DNA of 64,000 nucleotides from a virus (IMGVR_UViG_3300026549_000070), one strand, 5' to 3'; numbered from the stretch's first letter, positions 37,593 to 46,727 are shown. A program made the numbers and translations. The notes: generated from the letters alone by a model not told the origin.

Positions 37593-38489
37593 ATGGCAAA
37601 AATGACTGAAGCTCTCGGTGTTGAAAATGTTGAGAGCCTTGACAAAAATGACTATATAGAATTCCGCAATGAACTTAAGAGGAATGGATCACTCTCATCA
37701 AAGTTTGATGAAGAGTTCTTTAACGCAGTTTACCCAGGAAGCGGATATAAAGAATATGTTGCATCGGTCGATGAAGATCTCGGCAAGATTATTGAAGACG
37801 CAAAAGCAGGAAACGAATATGCAGAATGTTATTTGATTATTGCTGCTCGTAAGATGTGCTACTATGTCTTCTGGAAGGTATTCATTGGTTCTGCTGCTTC
37901 AGCAAAAGTTATTAAAGCTCGTCTTGATAATGGCGACTTCAATGATTTTATTGGAATTATGTATATTGCTTTTGATAAAGCAATTAAGAGTTTCAAGCCA
38001 AAAGTTTACAAAGATGGTACAATGAAGATTGGTAACTGGCAGTATTGGTTCGGTCAGTACCTTCGTATGGATGCAATCTCTGAAAACATCCAGCGTGCAA
38101 AAGATCCTAACGAAAACGCTTTGAATCCTGATGGAATGGACGATAGCGAAAAGGGCGGAGCAACGGCTTGGGATAAATTGACAGGAGACAATGCAACAGA
38201 ACTTGATGTTGACGACTTCTCTGCTGATTGGCGTGACTTCTGTAATGATCCTGAAATGAACGAATCTGCATCAAAGAAAGTAAATGTACCAAAAAGAAAA
38301 ATCCTTGCAATGGTTCTTAAAGGAAAGTCAATTCCTGAAATTGCTTCTGAACTTGATGTTGCAAAGAACACAATTTATGCTGCAATGAATGTTGGAGATT
38401 TGATGAAAAAGTACAACATTGACCAAGGCGAATTGGCACAGAAACTTCACAATGATCCTGATTTCATAATCGGTTGTTTGGAAAAATAA
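37593..38489 (+). CDS. sigma-factor-like protein (divergent sigma70 region 2 plus a region-4 HTH); candidate phage middle/late transcription factor
   Basis: NDFIGIMYIAFDKAIKSFKPKVYKDGTMKIGNWQYWFGQYLRM resembles sigma70 region 2.1-2.4. C-terminal ILAMVLKGKSIPEIASELDVAKNTIYAAM is a region-4-like HTH. Confidence 0.5.
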   Translation: MAKMTEALGVENVESLDKNDYIEFRNELKRNGSLSSKFDEEFFNAVYPGSGYKEYVASVDEDLGKIIEDAKAGNEYAECYLIIAARKMCYYVFWKVFIGSAASAKVIKARLDNGDFNDFIGIMYIAFDKAIKSFKPKVYKDGTMKIGNWQYWFGQYLRMDAISENIQRAKDPNENALNPDGMDDSEKGGATAWDKLTGDNATELDVDDFSADWRDFCNDPEMNESASKKVNVPKRKILAMVLKGKSIPEIASELDVAKNTIYAAMNVGDLMKKYNIDQGELAQKLHNDPDFIIGCLEK

Positions 38490-38527
38490 AAATAAAAGGC
38501 AGCTTTCGAGCTGCCTTCTTTTTTAAG
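38483..38527. terminator. bidirectional rho-independent terminator between convergent genes
   Basis: An A-run, then aaggcagc-tttcgag-gctgcctt, then cttttttaa. Confidence 0.6.
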
Positions 38528-38741
38528 AGTATAACATCTTTTGTCCTAAGTCAATCATATCATCAGAAACAACATCGCCAATTTGAACTTTTCCAAAAAT
38601 GCGATTCATTTCTTCCCCGCATTCACATTTTGGCGGTATGGGTAGTTCTCCTACATTAAACTTCTTTACTAAGGTCTTTTGGCACTTCGGACATTGAAAC
38701 ATTGCTTTCGTCATAAATTGATTCTCCATAAATGGAAACAA
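38523..38741 (-). CDS. zinc-ribbon protein (72 aa)
   Basis: CPKCQK...CECGEE. Confidence 0.4.
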   Translation of the reverse strand: MFPFMENQFMTKAMFQCPKCQKTLVKKFNVGELPIPPKCECGEEMNRIFGKVQIGDVVSDDMIDLGQKMLYS

Positions 38742-39198
38742 GTGTTTCCTTTGTTATTATATTATCAAAAGTAAAGATATCTTTCTTAATAAGATTGTAA
38801 GGCAACTTTTCCAACTCCTTTTTATGAATTGAAAAACCTTTATGATATAATTGTGACATTGATTCATCCCACTTAAAGATATACGCTCTTTTATTACCTC
38901 TACCGCAGTCAACACCTAAGATCACATAACACAAGACATTTTTTGCGTGTGAATATGATGCCAAATAGTCATTTTGCCACTCTCTTATATTTTTGAAATT
39001 AAATGCTGACATCTGCTTTAATACCTTAGCTTCCCAGCATACAAAATGAAGTTCATCATTTACTTTACGCATCCCAATCCCATCAAAACACCTTATAGAT
39101 GATTTTGCGCCATATTGAAATCCTGATTCATCTGGTATTTTATAGCCGTCAACTAATGAATGGACTACAATAGTACAAAATCTAGCTTCATTCCACAT
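38656..39198 (-). CDS. hypothetical protein (180 aa), possibly nuclease-like
   Basis: ORF only; no firm motif. Confidence 0.35.
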   Translation of the reverse strand: MWNEARFCTIVVHSLVDGYKIPDESGFQYGAKSSIRCFDGIGMRKVNDELHFVCWEAKVLKQMSAFNFKNIREWQNDYLASYSHAKNVLCYVILGVDCGRGNKRAYIFKWDESMSQLYHKGFSIHKKELEKLPYNLIKKDIFTFDNIITKETLVSIYGESIYDESNVSMSEVPKDLSKEV

Positions 39199-40396
39199 AC
39201 AATAAGTCCTCTCTTAAAATGTTTTTTGTTGACACAACATAATCAACAAATATTTTATAGTCTTTTGACCTCAATATTTTTATGTCGTTATTTTTCATAC
39301 ATTGATATTTTAATTTATATAGCTCGTCACACTCCGGAGACCTGTCCCAAGGATTTATAAAACTTTCGCCGTCAAAAAACATATCGCCTTTTAATTCATA
39401 AAATGTGTCACCTATTAAAAAGTCTGGAAAATATCTATGTTGAATCCCATTACATTCATATATAAAATAAGCTTCTGGTTGATATATAAAGTCAATATCA
39501 AAGTCTTCTAAAAATATGTAGAAGCACACCTCTGGATAAGAATCGAACATAATGTCATTATACACTAACTTTTTCTTTCTCTTTTTATTTATTATAGCCC
39601 ATTCTTCTGGAGTTCTTTTTTGAAGCGTTTCTCGTTGTTTAAGTTTTACACGCTCATTTTTAGCAGGATTCTCAAATCCGTAAGTTTCAATGAAATATTG
39701 CTTTCTGTGTTCAATAACGCTTGGGATTTTGAAATTATGGTCCACATTATATCTCGCTAAAAGAGCGTTTCTCCTTTTTTCAAAAATCTTTTTATCATAC
39801 TCACTATCAGATTCTCTTTTTGCGTTTATTGTTTGTCTGCTTTTATTTTTAATAACCTCTAAAAAATTAGGATCTTTACAATGCTCATAATAAGTTTGCT
39901 TTCTTTTTGCAATAACATCTTGTAAATATGATACATTTGTCACTCCATATTTTTCTAAAAGAGTGTTTTCTCTTGCTTCTTTCATACTGTTATATGCTTC
40001 ATCAATAGATCCATATTTTTTAGTCCAAGTCTCTCTTATTTTTTCTTTGACACTGCTGGCTTGAAATGAGCATTCACATCCATATTTTTCTATGCAAGTT
40101 TTAATACTCTTTTCTTTTACAACTTTTTTATAGTTGTCTAATGATCCATATTTTTCTATGCAAGTTTTAAGTCTCTTCTCATTTTTCACAGCTAAGTCAA
40201 CACTTTTTGCTGAAATCTTCATATTACAAGACTTACACACAAGGCTTTTGAAATTACCTAAAAGTCCCGTATAAGTTTGTCCACATACACTGCAAGTAAA
40301 ACTTACAGTCTGTCTTTGTGGGTAAGTTTGCTTTAACTTATCCACGTCATCAATAGATTTAATAAATATTGGTTCATCAGAAAACTTCTTTTTCAT
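39188..40396 (-). CDS. putative homing endonuclease with an N-terminal zinc finger, tandem ~30-aa xEKYGxxN repeats and a C-terminal PD-(D/E)xK-like nuclease motif
   Basis: CSVCGQ...CKSC. Repeats CIEKYGSLDN / CIEKYGCECS / TKKYGSIDE / LEKYGVTNV / IETYGFENP. C-terminal HRYFPDFLIGDTFYELKG. Confidence 0.4.
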   Translation of the reverse strand: MKKKFSDEPIFIKSIDDVDKLKQTYPQRQTVSFTCSVCGQTYTGLLGNFKSLVCKSCNMKISAKSVDLAVKNEKRLKTCIEKYGSLDNYKKVVKEKSIKTCIEKYGCECSFQASSVKEKIRETWTKKYGSIDEAYNSMKEARENTLLEKYGVTNVSYLQDVIAKRKQTYYEHCKDPNFLEVIKNKSRQTINAKRESDSEYDKKIFEKRRNALLARYNVDHNFKIPSVIEHRKQYFIETYGFENPAKNERVKLKQRETLQKRTPEEWAIINKKRKKKLVYNDIMFDSYPEVCFYIFLEDFDIDFIYQPEAYFIYECNGIQHRYFPDFLIGDTFYELKGDMFFDGESFINPWDRSPECDELYKLKYQCMKNNDIKILRSKDYKIFVDYVVSTKNILREDLLYVE

Positions 40397-40495
40397 ATTA
40401 AATTAGTTAATATCATTTAATATGAAGCGTTGTCATATTGAACTTTAATAATTCTTAGATGAAAAGATATTTTACAAAGACGACTAAATACTAAT

Positions 40496-41212
40496 ATGAA
40501 GGAATCTTTATTTGAAAGTATTTATATCGGCTCAAGATTAGATGAAACGAAAGTAAACGCGTATCGACATCATTCAAAAGAAGAAGCTGAAGCAGTTGTT
40601 GCAACCATTAAAGATTCAATTAAAAGATATAAGTTTGACATCATAAACCGCGATAAGAATCTCGACTTTATGCATAATGAAAAACTTGACAAGAAAACTT
40701 CAATGTACATTATTGATAAGTTTCTTGAGCCTCGTTCTCTTATTGCAGTTGTTCAGAACCGCAACAATCCTGATGAAGAACTTTATGTGTTCTCTGTTAT
40801 GGTTCCTGTTCGTGACAGAAAGAAATACATTTATTTGAAAGTATCAATGAGAAGTGATGGTGTTGTAAAAGCAATCAGTTGGCACGGACAAACTGAAATG
40901 ATGCATCCTGACTATCGTATGGCAGTTGATAAAAGTGATGATGATAACAGATACTTTTATCGTAAGCTGTTCCAAAACTGGGAAAGAGTTTACAACAAGT
41001 TTAATGATAACAAGATGGTAGACGTTTTGCCTAATGGTCCTGAGGATGTTACAATCGTGTTTGAACATCCTATAGACGATACAGAAGAATGGCGGAAAAA
41101 CTTCTGTAAAACTGTACCTAAAGATTATGGGTACCATTACAAAGATATTGAAAAGAATATGATAGTCGACAATGATTGTGTTCGACTTCATCTTACAATA
41201 GGGAGATTCTAA
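40496..41212 (+). CDS. hypothetical protein (238 aa)
   Basis: Plus-strand ORF starting at an ATG (ctaatatgaag) with no SD-like sequence upstream. Confidence 0.4.
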   Translation: MKESLFESIYIGSRLDETKVNAYRHHSKEEAEAVVATIKDSIKRYKFDIINRDKNLDFMHNEKLDKKTSMYIIDKFLEPRSLIAVVQNRNNPDEELYVFSVMVPVRDRKKYIYLKVSMRSDGVVKAISWHGQTEMMHPDYRMAVDKSDDDNRYFYRKLFQNWERVYNKFNDNKMVDVLPNGPEDVTIVFEHPIDDTEEWRKNFCKTVPKDYGYHYKDIEKNMIVDNDCVRLHLTIGRF

Positions 41213-41214
41213 AA

Positions 41215-41232
41215 TTTTACCGAGCGGTAAAA
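41215..41232. promoter_or_regulatory. 18-bp palindrome TTTTACCGagCGGTAAAA (putative operator O1)
   Basis: Perfect 8-bp arms; a second copy lies 50 bp downstream. Confidence 0.45.
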
Positions 41233-41264
41233 TTATACCAAAATACTATACATTTTAAGAAAAA

Positions 41265-41282
41265 TTTTACCGAGCGGTAAAA
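41265..41282. promoter_or_regulatory. second copy of the 18-bp palindrome (putative operator O2)
   Basis: Identical to the 41215 copy. Confidence 0.45.
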
Positions 41283-41298
41283 ATTTTTTGAAAAATAT

Positions 41299-41344
41299 GC
41301 GGACAAATTGAACTTTGTCCGCTTTTCTTTTATATTATTATTGT
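41299..41344 (+). promoter_or_regulatory. class I conserved promoter whose -35 hexamer is embedded in a 9-bp inverted repeat (GCGGACAAA-ttgaac-TTTGTCCGC)
   Basis: gcggacaaattgaactttgtccgcttttcttttatattattattgt. Confidence 0.5.
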
Positions 41345-41440
41345 CTGGTGCTAAACCAGCGTTGAACCGAGGAAGTTCCTCGGGGGATTCGGGGTTTGTA
41401 GGCTGACCCAAGGAGTGGGAAACCTTCGCCATTTTTCAAA
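41345..41440 (+). ncRNA. structured ~100-nt leader or possible small RNA downstream of the regulated promoter
   Basis: Hairpins ccgagg-aagtt-cctcgg and gggattcgggg; GC-rich relative to its surroundings. Confidence 0.25.
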
Positions 41441-41453
41441 CAAGGAGCATACT

Positions 41454-41654
41454 ATGAATAAAGCAAGAATTGCATCAATTCTTATTAAAGGCCGTAGAGA
41501 TCAAATCAATTCAGATCAGAAGATTGTTCACAACATCAACGGCTGGGAAGTTTCTTACAACAAAGTAGGAAAAGTTTTTGTTGCAGAGAAAGGCTCACAG
41601 AGAGTAATTCGTTCTAATGAAGCAATCTTGGCAGGAGTTCTTGCAAATGCTTAA
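41454..41654 (+). CDS. hypothetical small protein (start adjusted to MNKARIAS with RBS caaggagcatactatg)
   Basis: A strong SD directly precedes the ATG at 41454. Confidence 0.45.
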   Translation: MNKARIASILIKGRRDQINSDQKIVHNINGWEVSYNKVGKVFVAEKGSQRVIRSNEAILAGVLANA

Positions 41655-41928
41655 AACTTATGTAAATCAGGTTAAGAAGGTTGTTCGAGATTTCGGAAAC
41701 GGCAGAAAGCGTCCACAGGATTTCTACATTATGTGGTCAAAGCTGCACGATCTTGGAGTTGCAGGCATTGTTCCGAATGTTACTGAAATGCAACTTCCTG
41801 ATGGTTCAATCAAAAGAAAGGCAAACTTTCACAAAGATAACGGCGAAGTTATTCCACTGATTCTTGTTCAAATAGTAAATGAAGGTGAGTACACAACTGA
41901 AATGACTGCCTATGTAGTGGAGGAATAA
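41646..41928 (+). CDS. hypothetical protein (~94 aa)
   Basis: ATGCTTAA overlap with the previous stop. Confidence 0.4.
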
Positions 41929-42350
41929 TGAGAGACACAGTTATAAAGCCAGGTGATACTTATAAAGTATTCCTTAGGAATGATATAATTTTTCCACACG
42001 CAGAAGTTCTTTCCATTGATGACAACTGGATTGAGTTTGCAATTATGCAGAGAGATGGCTCTTTCATATTTGAAACATATCCAAAGGATATGATCAAAAA
42101 GATGCTGTATCCTGAGGACCTTGACAAAAAAGTTTGGGTACTTATGAATGACGAAGAAGAAGCCAAGTTTACAGAAAGAGACTTGTCGGAGGATGAAATC
42201 AACTTCTCTCATATCAAGAACAGTACGATTATTCTTGATTCTCGAGATGATGCAATCGAGTACCTTAAGGATTTGAAAGACAAAGAGGACAATCCTCAAA
42301 AGGCGTATAAAATACAGTTAAAAGTAGGTTTTGGATATGAAGCTGTGTAA
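41928..42350 (+). CDS. hypothetical protein (140 aa)
   Basis: ATGA overlap. Confidence 0.45.
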   Translation: MRDTVIKPGDTYKVFLRNDIIFPHAEVLSIDDNWIEFAIMQRDGSFIFETYPKDMIKKMLYPEDLDKKVWVLMNDEEEAKFTERDLSEDEINFSHIKNSTIILDSRDDAIEYLKDLKDKEDNPQKAYKIQLKVGFGYEAV

Positions 42351-42518
42351 TGCAATTATTGATTGGTTGGGAAAAGATCCTGTGTTTCCTTGGTTCGCAG
42401 GAAGCGGATTGGCTTTCGTTTTCTGTTGTGTTACAGTTGCTTTCATTGTTGCACTTATTGCAAACAAAAAGCTTCGCAACAAGTTTTTCTAACTAACTCC
42501 TTATATGGAGGTTAGGTA

Positions 42519-42881
42519 ATGAAGGCATACAAACCTAATGAATGCGACTTCCTTATTCTCAATCTTTTGAATGAGTATGATAAGGAATCATTAATGAAGT
42601 CTCTTTTGCAGGATGCGAAAGAAAGACAGGAAACTTTTGGTGATGAGTTTGAAAACTGTGTTCAGTTTGCTCAAACTTTTTCAAATGCGGTTTTCACACA
42701 GACAGCTCGCTGCCTTGTAAATGAAAAACTTATAAAAGAGAAGGTTAACGAAGTTGGAGAATTTCCACAGTTTGTCAATGACTATGAATTGACAGCTGCA
42801 GGTATTGAACTTTGGGAAAATCTTAAACAGAAGTTTAAGGACGATGTTCAAAAGCCTGGGTGGACAAAATTCTATCGGTAA
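42519..42881 (+). CDS. hypothetical protein (120 aa)
   Basis: RBS atggaggttaggtaatg. Confidence 0.45.
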   Translation: MKAYKPNECDFLILNLLNEYDKESLMKSLLQDAKERQETFGDEFENCVQFAQTFSNAVFTQTARCLVNEKLIKEKVNEVGEFPQFVNDYELTAAGIELWENLKQKFKDDVQKPGWTKFYR

Positions 42882-42919
42882 TTCTTCAACAGCTGTTAAT
42901 ATAAAATTACAGTTTAATC

Positions 42920-43298
42920 GGGCGTGAGTAATGGAATCGATTGGCTGAATAGTTCTTTAACATCAGGTAAAGGTGCCGACCTTAATACGGAAAAGAATAA
43001 CTGCAACTAAACGTTCAGTTGTTGCTCGTGGTTCACGCGCAGCTTTCGCTCGCGCTGCCTAAGGCAACACCTAGTTGGACCCTTTGAGGACCAACTGCGA
43101 CTTTCACGACTCAGATAGTGGAATGTTCGTATCGCCCATCTGATAAGTTGAACAAGAGTTGGGTTGCTTGCTCAGTTCAATCGAAAACTGAAAGTAAATA
43201 TGGGTTATGACCGTCCCTACCGTCAATTCGGTTTTAAGCCTGTAAAAAGTGTTATTGGGCAGCAGAGCAAGATTTGGGTTCGACACCCAACACGTCCA
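42920..43298 (+). ncRNA. ssrA: candidate tmRNA (ssrA-like), ~379 nt
   Basis: The 5' end GGGCGUG-AGUAAU-GGAAUCGAUUGG parallels the tmRNA 5' consensus GGGGCUG-AUUCU-GGAUUCGACGGG. AAGGUGC follows, then AAUAACU-GCA (compare the E. coli AAUAGUC-GCA resume context). A 19-codon frame follows (GCA...GCU GCC UAA). The 3' end is a T-arm UUGGG-UUCGACA-CCCAA plus CACGUCC-A that pairs with the 5' end, including a G3:U70 wobble and A73 (Ala identity). Confidence 0.55.
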
Positions 43299-43523
43299 GA
43301 TCCGCTATAAGATGAGATTCGGTTTTGCGGAGCCGACGATTTGAAGTGGACTTATTGTGAGGTTTTATCCGGAGAAACAATTCTCAGAATAAGCTGCGTT
43401 CAAATAACTTTTAATATCGTTTACTAGTATAAAAATGGCTGGCGATATTAAAAGAAACCAATGAATTATAAAAGCCATTTGCTCAATGGATGAAATAGTA
43501 GTTGAAATTGAGCACAAACTTAC

Positions 43524-43638
43524 GGGGCTTGCGGGCACTAGGATTGAGTTGGTCGCATTAAAAAATGGTACTGCGCGGGTCCAACGGAATAGGGACGCTC
43601 GGAAACGAGAGAACTGGGTTCGACTCCCAGGTGCGGAA
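43524..43638 (+). ncRNA. tRNA-like or tmRNA-like structured RNA unit with a canonical T-arm (unresolved fold)
   Basis: Starts GGGGCUUGCGGGCACUAGGAUUGAGUUGG and ends with the T-arm CUGGG-UUCGACU-CCCAG. Confidence 0.3.
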
Positions 43639-44008
43639 GTTGGATATTCTTTGTTCACCGTCTAAAAAGAACAAAGTGGTGGAAGGTATGCTTGAGAAAT
43701 CGGGCATCCCCAAATGAACAAGAGCTTGTAGACAATCAACCTAGTATGCCTTATTGCTGCAGGTTTGATAGGAGAGCTCCACGCGGAAAGTTTCCTTCTA
43801 AGCAGTTGAAGGTTTAGGTTCCGCACATGTAGGACATTCAGAGTTTCTTCGGAGAGTCTGAAAAAACCTTCCACGTCATAAAATGTGGGTAACAACACTA
43901 AGACGCTAAATAAGAGATTGTTACAAAGCTACGGTTTGTCCGCTTCTAGGATTGAGAAACGCGGGTGGAATTGCGGGGAAGCATATCCCGTTGAATGAGG
44001 CAACTCAT

Positions 44009-44082
44009 ACTTCAATGGTGTAACTTGGTTAGCATACTGCCGGTGAATGGCGGCGATGTGGGTTCAAATCCTACTTGAAGTT
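44009..44082 (+). ncRNA. tRNA-like element (acceptor ACUUCAA/UUGAAGU, T-arm GUGGG-UUCAAAU-CCUAC); D and anticodon arms imperfect
   Basis: Acceptor complementarity plus a T-arm. Confidence 0.3.
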
Positions 44083-44243
44083 TTTAAGTTTTCAATTTCT
44101 TTCAAAAATTGATGGTGGAGGACTCACTTCGGTGCGTCCCTAGTTGAAAGCAGATTAGGTCGCAAGCTTTGGTAAGACCCTACAGTTTTCAACTTTTTGC
44201 GGAAATGGAATACTTGCGAATAAGCAATTTCCGCACATGTTAC

Positions 44244-44334
44244 GCGGGTCTGATAAAGGTAGGGGTTAACCGTGACCACTGCGGAGTGTACATATGCTTT
44301 GGTGCTATGGCAGGTTCGAATCCTGCGACCCGCA
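44244..44334 (+). ncRNA. 91-nt tRNA-like element (perfect 7-bp acceptor GCGGGUC/GACCCGC, T-arm GCAGG-UUCGAAU-CCUGC); interior does not fold as a canonical tRNA
   Basis: Perfect acceptor and T-arm; a long interior. Confidence 0.3.
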
Positions 44335-44351
44335 TTATAAATACGAGAATT

Positions 44352-44384
44352 AGGGAAATCTTTCATTGATTTCCCTATTTTTTT
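44352..44384 (+). terminator. rho-independent terminator closing the structured-RNA cluster
   Basis: agggaaatc-tttcattg-atttccct followed by attttttttt. Confidence 0.55.
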
Positions 44385-44424
44385 TTGAACTTTTAATGTA
44401 AGTCTTTTATATTATTTTTGTAAA
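44385..44424 (+). promoter_or_regulatory. class I conserved promoter
   Basis: ttgaacttttaatgtaagtcttttatattatttttg, then aaaggagcaaattatg. Confidence 0.55.
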
Positions 44425-44448
44425 TTAAAAAAATAAAAGGAGCAAATT

Positions 44449-44658
44449 ATGGCAAAACATCCTACAAAAAGAATTGATACTATGAAATGGTTTTGGTATG
44501 TATTGGCGGCTTGCCTTGCAGTTGCACTTGGCTGCTTTGGACACCCTATCTTAGGAGTAATTATTGCTCGTTTGATTTGGTGTATTCCGAATAAAAGAAA
44601 CAGCAAAACTATTGATGCAGAAGAAGTTGAGTACGAGGTACACGATGCAGATGATTAA
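44449..44658 (+). CDS. small membrane early protein (69 aa)
   Basis: Class I cassette; one TM helix. Confidence 0.5.
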   Translation: MAKHPTKRIDTMKWFWYVLAACLAVALGCFGHPILGVIIARLIWCIPNKRNSKTIDAEEVEYEVHDADD

Positions 44659-45034
44659 GTTCCTTAAAGGACATACGAGCTACAAAGGTATTCAATTCCT
44701 TGAAGGAAGTGAGTTTAAGGAAGATGTCATTCGCGAGTTTGCAGGCGTGATACAGGATGATCCTGTAATTCACAGTCAAGTTGTGGGAAACAATTTTCTC
44801 GCTCAGCTGCTTCTTACAAAAGATGTAAAAACTGGTAAGATAAATAATTGGAATGACTTTAAGAAAAGTATGGAAGTTGCAATTATTCAGGAAGGCACTT
44901 CTAATTCATTTTTTCAAACTTTGTATGTATTCCATAATGACTGGCTTCTTCTTGACGAAAGTACAAACCACTTATTGGTTGTTGATGAAAACAAAATATC
45001 CAACTTTATGAAGCGGATAGATGTTGAGGCCTAA
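44645..45034 (+). CDS. hypothetical protein (~129 aa)
   Basis: Overlaps the previous stop. Confidence 0.4.
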   Translation: MQMIKFLKGHTSYKGIQFLEGSEFKEDVIREFAGVIQDDPVIHSQVVGNNFLAQLLLTKDVKTGKINNWNDFKKSMEVAIIQEGTSNSFFQTLYVFHNDWLLLDESTNHLLVVDENKISNFMKRIDVEA

Positions 45035-45205
45035 ATATGTGGGTATTGACAATTCGTTATGAGAACGGTAAGTCTCGAGTCGAAAGATTTAGATTTGAAG
45101 ACGAAGCTTACAAGTTTCTCGTTGAAGTAAAAAAGAAGCGTAAAGTGAAAGATTTTGACATAACTTTCTTTTTACAAAGTTAATATATTTTTTGGAGGTA
45201 TTTCT

Positions 45206-45826
45206 ATGGGAAGAAAAGAAGATGCTATTGCGGGACTTAATGCTTTAACAGACAAAACAATCGAGAATGTAAAACTCATTCTCAATCACTATGGCTTTGA
45301 TTCATTTGAACGCAAAGCCAAGGTACTTGAAGATATGCTTGGCATTCATAGAGACTGGGGAGATGTTGACCGTAAGGCTCGCTTTGAAATGCTTGCACAG
45401 TATTTCATTGAGCAGGCTTCAAAAGCTCCAAAATCAACTGCAAAACCTAAGGCAGAAAAGAAACCTGAAGTTCACATTGTTGAAATGCCATCAGGTATGT
45501 CACGTGCAGAAGCTCTCCGCTTTATCCGCGACAAAATCGCTGAAGTAACAGGCCAGGCAATCGATGAAGAAGAGAGCGATGACGCATCAGCAAAAGTAAC
45601 ACGCGAGGCTCGCATCAATGAAATCACTTCAATGTTGAAAGACTTTGATGATGAAGAAATTGAAAAGATCCACGAAGTACTTTCTGAGCTACACGAAAAG
45701 TATGAAATCTCTGAAGAAGAGAAAGCATTCCGCGCTCTTTGCCGCAAGTTAAGTCTCGATGAAGATGATCCTATGGCAAGACGCCTTTTCCTTGCAGGCC
45801 TGTCTTTCGCAAGACAGGAGGCCTAA
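45206..45826 (+). CDS. hypothetical protein (206 aa)
   Basis: RBS ttggaggtatttctatg. Confidence 0.45.
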   Translation: MGRKEDAIAGLNALTDKTIENVKLILNHYGFDSFERKAKVLEDMLGIHRDWGDVDRKARFEMLAQYFIEQASKAPKSTAKPKAEKKPEVHIVEMPSGMSRAEALRFIRDKIAEVTGQAIDEEESDDASAKVTREARINEITSMLKDFDDEEIEKIHEVLSELHEKYEISEEEKAFRALCRKLSLDEDDPMARRLFLAGLSFARQEA

Positions 45827-45829
45827 TAT

Positions 45830-46067
45830 GGACGACGGCATCCTCAAAGAGATCTGCGAAAAGTTTCATCTCAAAAATGAAGATGCCGTTGAACTTGTTG
45901 AGTTGATAAAAAGCCACAATGAAAAGTGGCTTGAGTCAATCGGAGTAGGTTGCTCAGTCTGCAAGTTCAACAAAAGAAACAACCCAAAAGCTCATTGTGA
46001 AGGTGCAGAGAAGTCTTCTCCGCTTCCTTTTTGCAAAGACTATTGGGTTAGCGAGGGCGAGTGGTAA
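45830..46067 (+). CDS. hypothetical Cys-containing protein (~79 aa; start adjusted)
   Basis: RBS acaggaggcctaatatg. Confidence 0.4.
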
Positions 46068-46723
46068 TGCAGGACTTTAGTAAAGGATCAAATTCATTAT
46101 TGAGGATGGTTCAAAATTGGGCTAAATGGATGTGCCCGCCGAAGCCCTATTCTCAATTCATAAAGGGGATATACGATATGGATGAAGAAATGGATGTAGA
46201 ATGCTGCGAGAAAGCAGAAAAGATTGACAGAGAAGTTCTTGACATCGACAGTGACAAGTTTGATATGGATGTCTGGAAAGTCTTTACACGCGAAAAGTTG
46301 ATGCGTCAGAAAGAACGCGCCGAAAAAGAAAGAGCTTGTAAAGAAGCCTTGAAAGAAATCAAGGAAGAGATTGGCTACAAAGATGAAGATGACGACCGCA
46401 AGTCGTTTGCTTACAAGTTGAAAAAAGACTGTGAAGAGTCTTGGCTTTCAAAAGAAGAACTTGAAAAGTACAAACAAAGATACAAGGATATCCGCGATGA
46501 GCAGGATTTGATTGTGTCATCTCTTATCAATTTGAGCTTCCCAAATGACTTTATGAAAGGTTCTTATGTTCAGCAGTACAAACAGTTGGAAGCGCAGAAG
46601 ATGATTGTTGTTGATACAATTATGAATTCCTACGGCGGAAGACGCAGTGCAGACCGTGGCATTTGGAACGACAAACTGACTGAAAAAAATGTAAACACTG
46701 TTTACGCAGAAGTAGATGGCTAA
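46067..46723 (+). CDS. hypothetical acidic protein (~218 aa)
   Basis: TAATG overlap. Confidence 0.4.
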   Translation: MQDFSKGSNSLLRMVQNWAKWMCPPKPYSQFIKGIYDMDEEMDVECCEKAEKIDREVLDIDSDKFDMDVWKVFTREKLMRQKERAEKERACKEALKEIKEEIGYKDEDDDRKSFAYKLKKDCEESWLSKEELEKYKQRYKDIRDEQDLIVSSLINLSFPNDFMKGSYVQQYKQLEAQKMIVVDTIMNSYGGRRSADRGIWNDKLTEKNVNTVYAEVDG

Positions 46724-46727
46724 TACA

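Noticed and set aside
42900-44370. Minus-strand ORFs 43104..43286, 43365..43658, 43662..43898 and 44124..44366, plus-strand ORF 44169..44369
   Set aside because: They overlap the tmRNA/T-arm structured-RNA cluster, lack RBS or promoter, and have odd composition. They are probably spurious.
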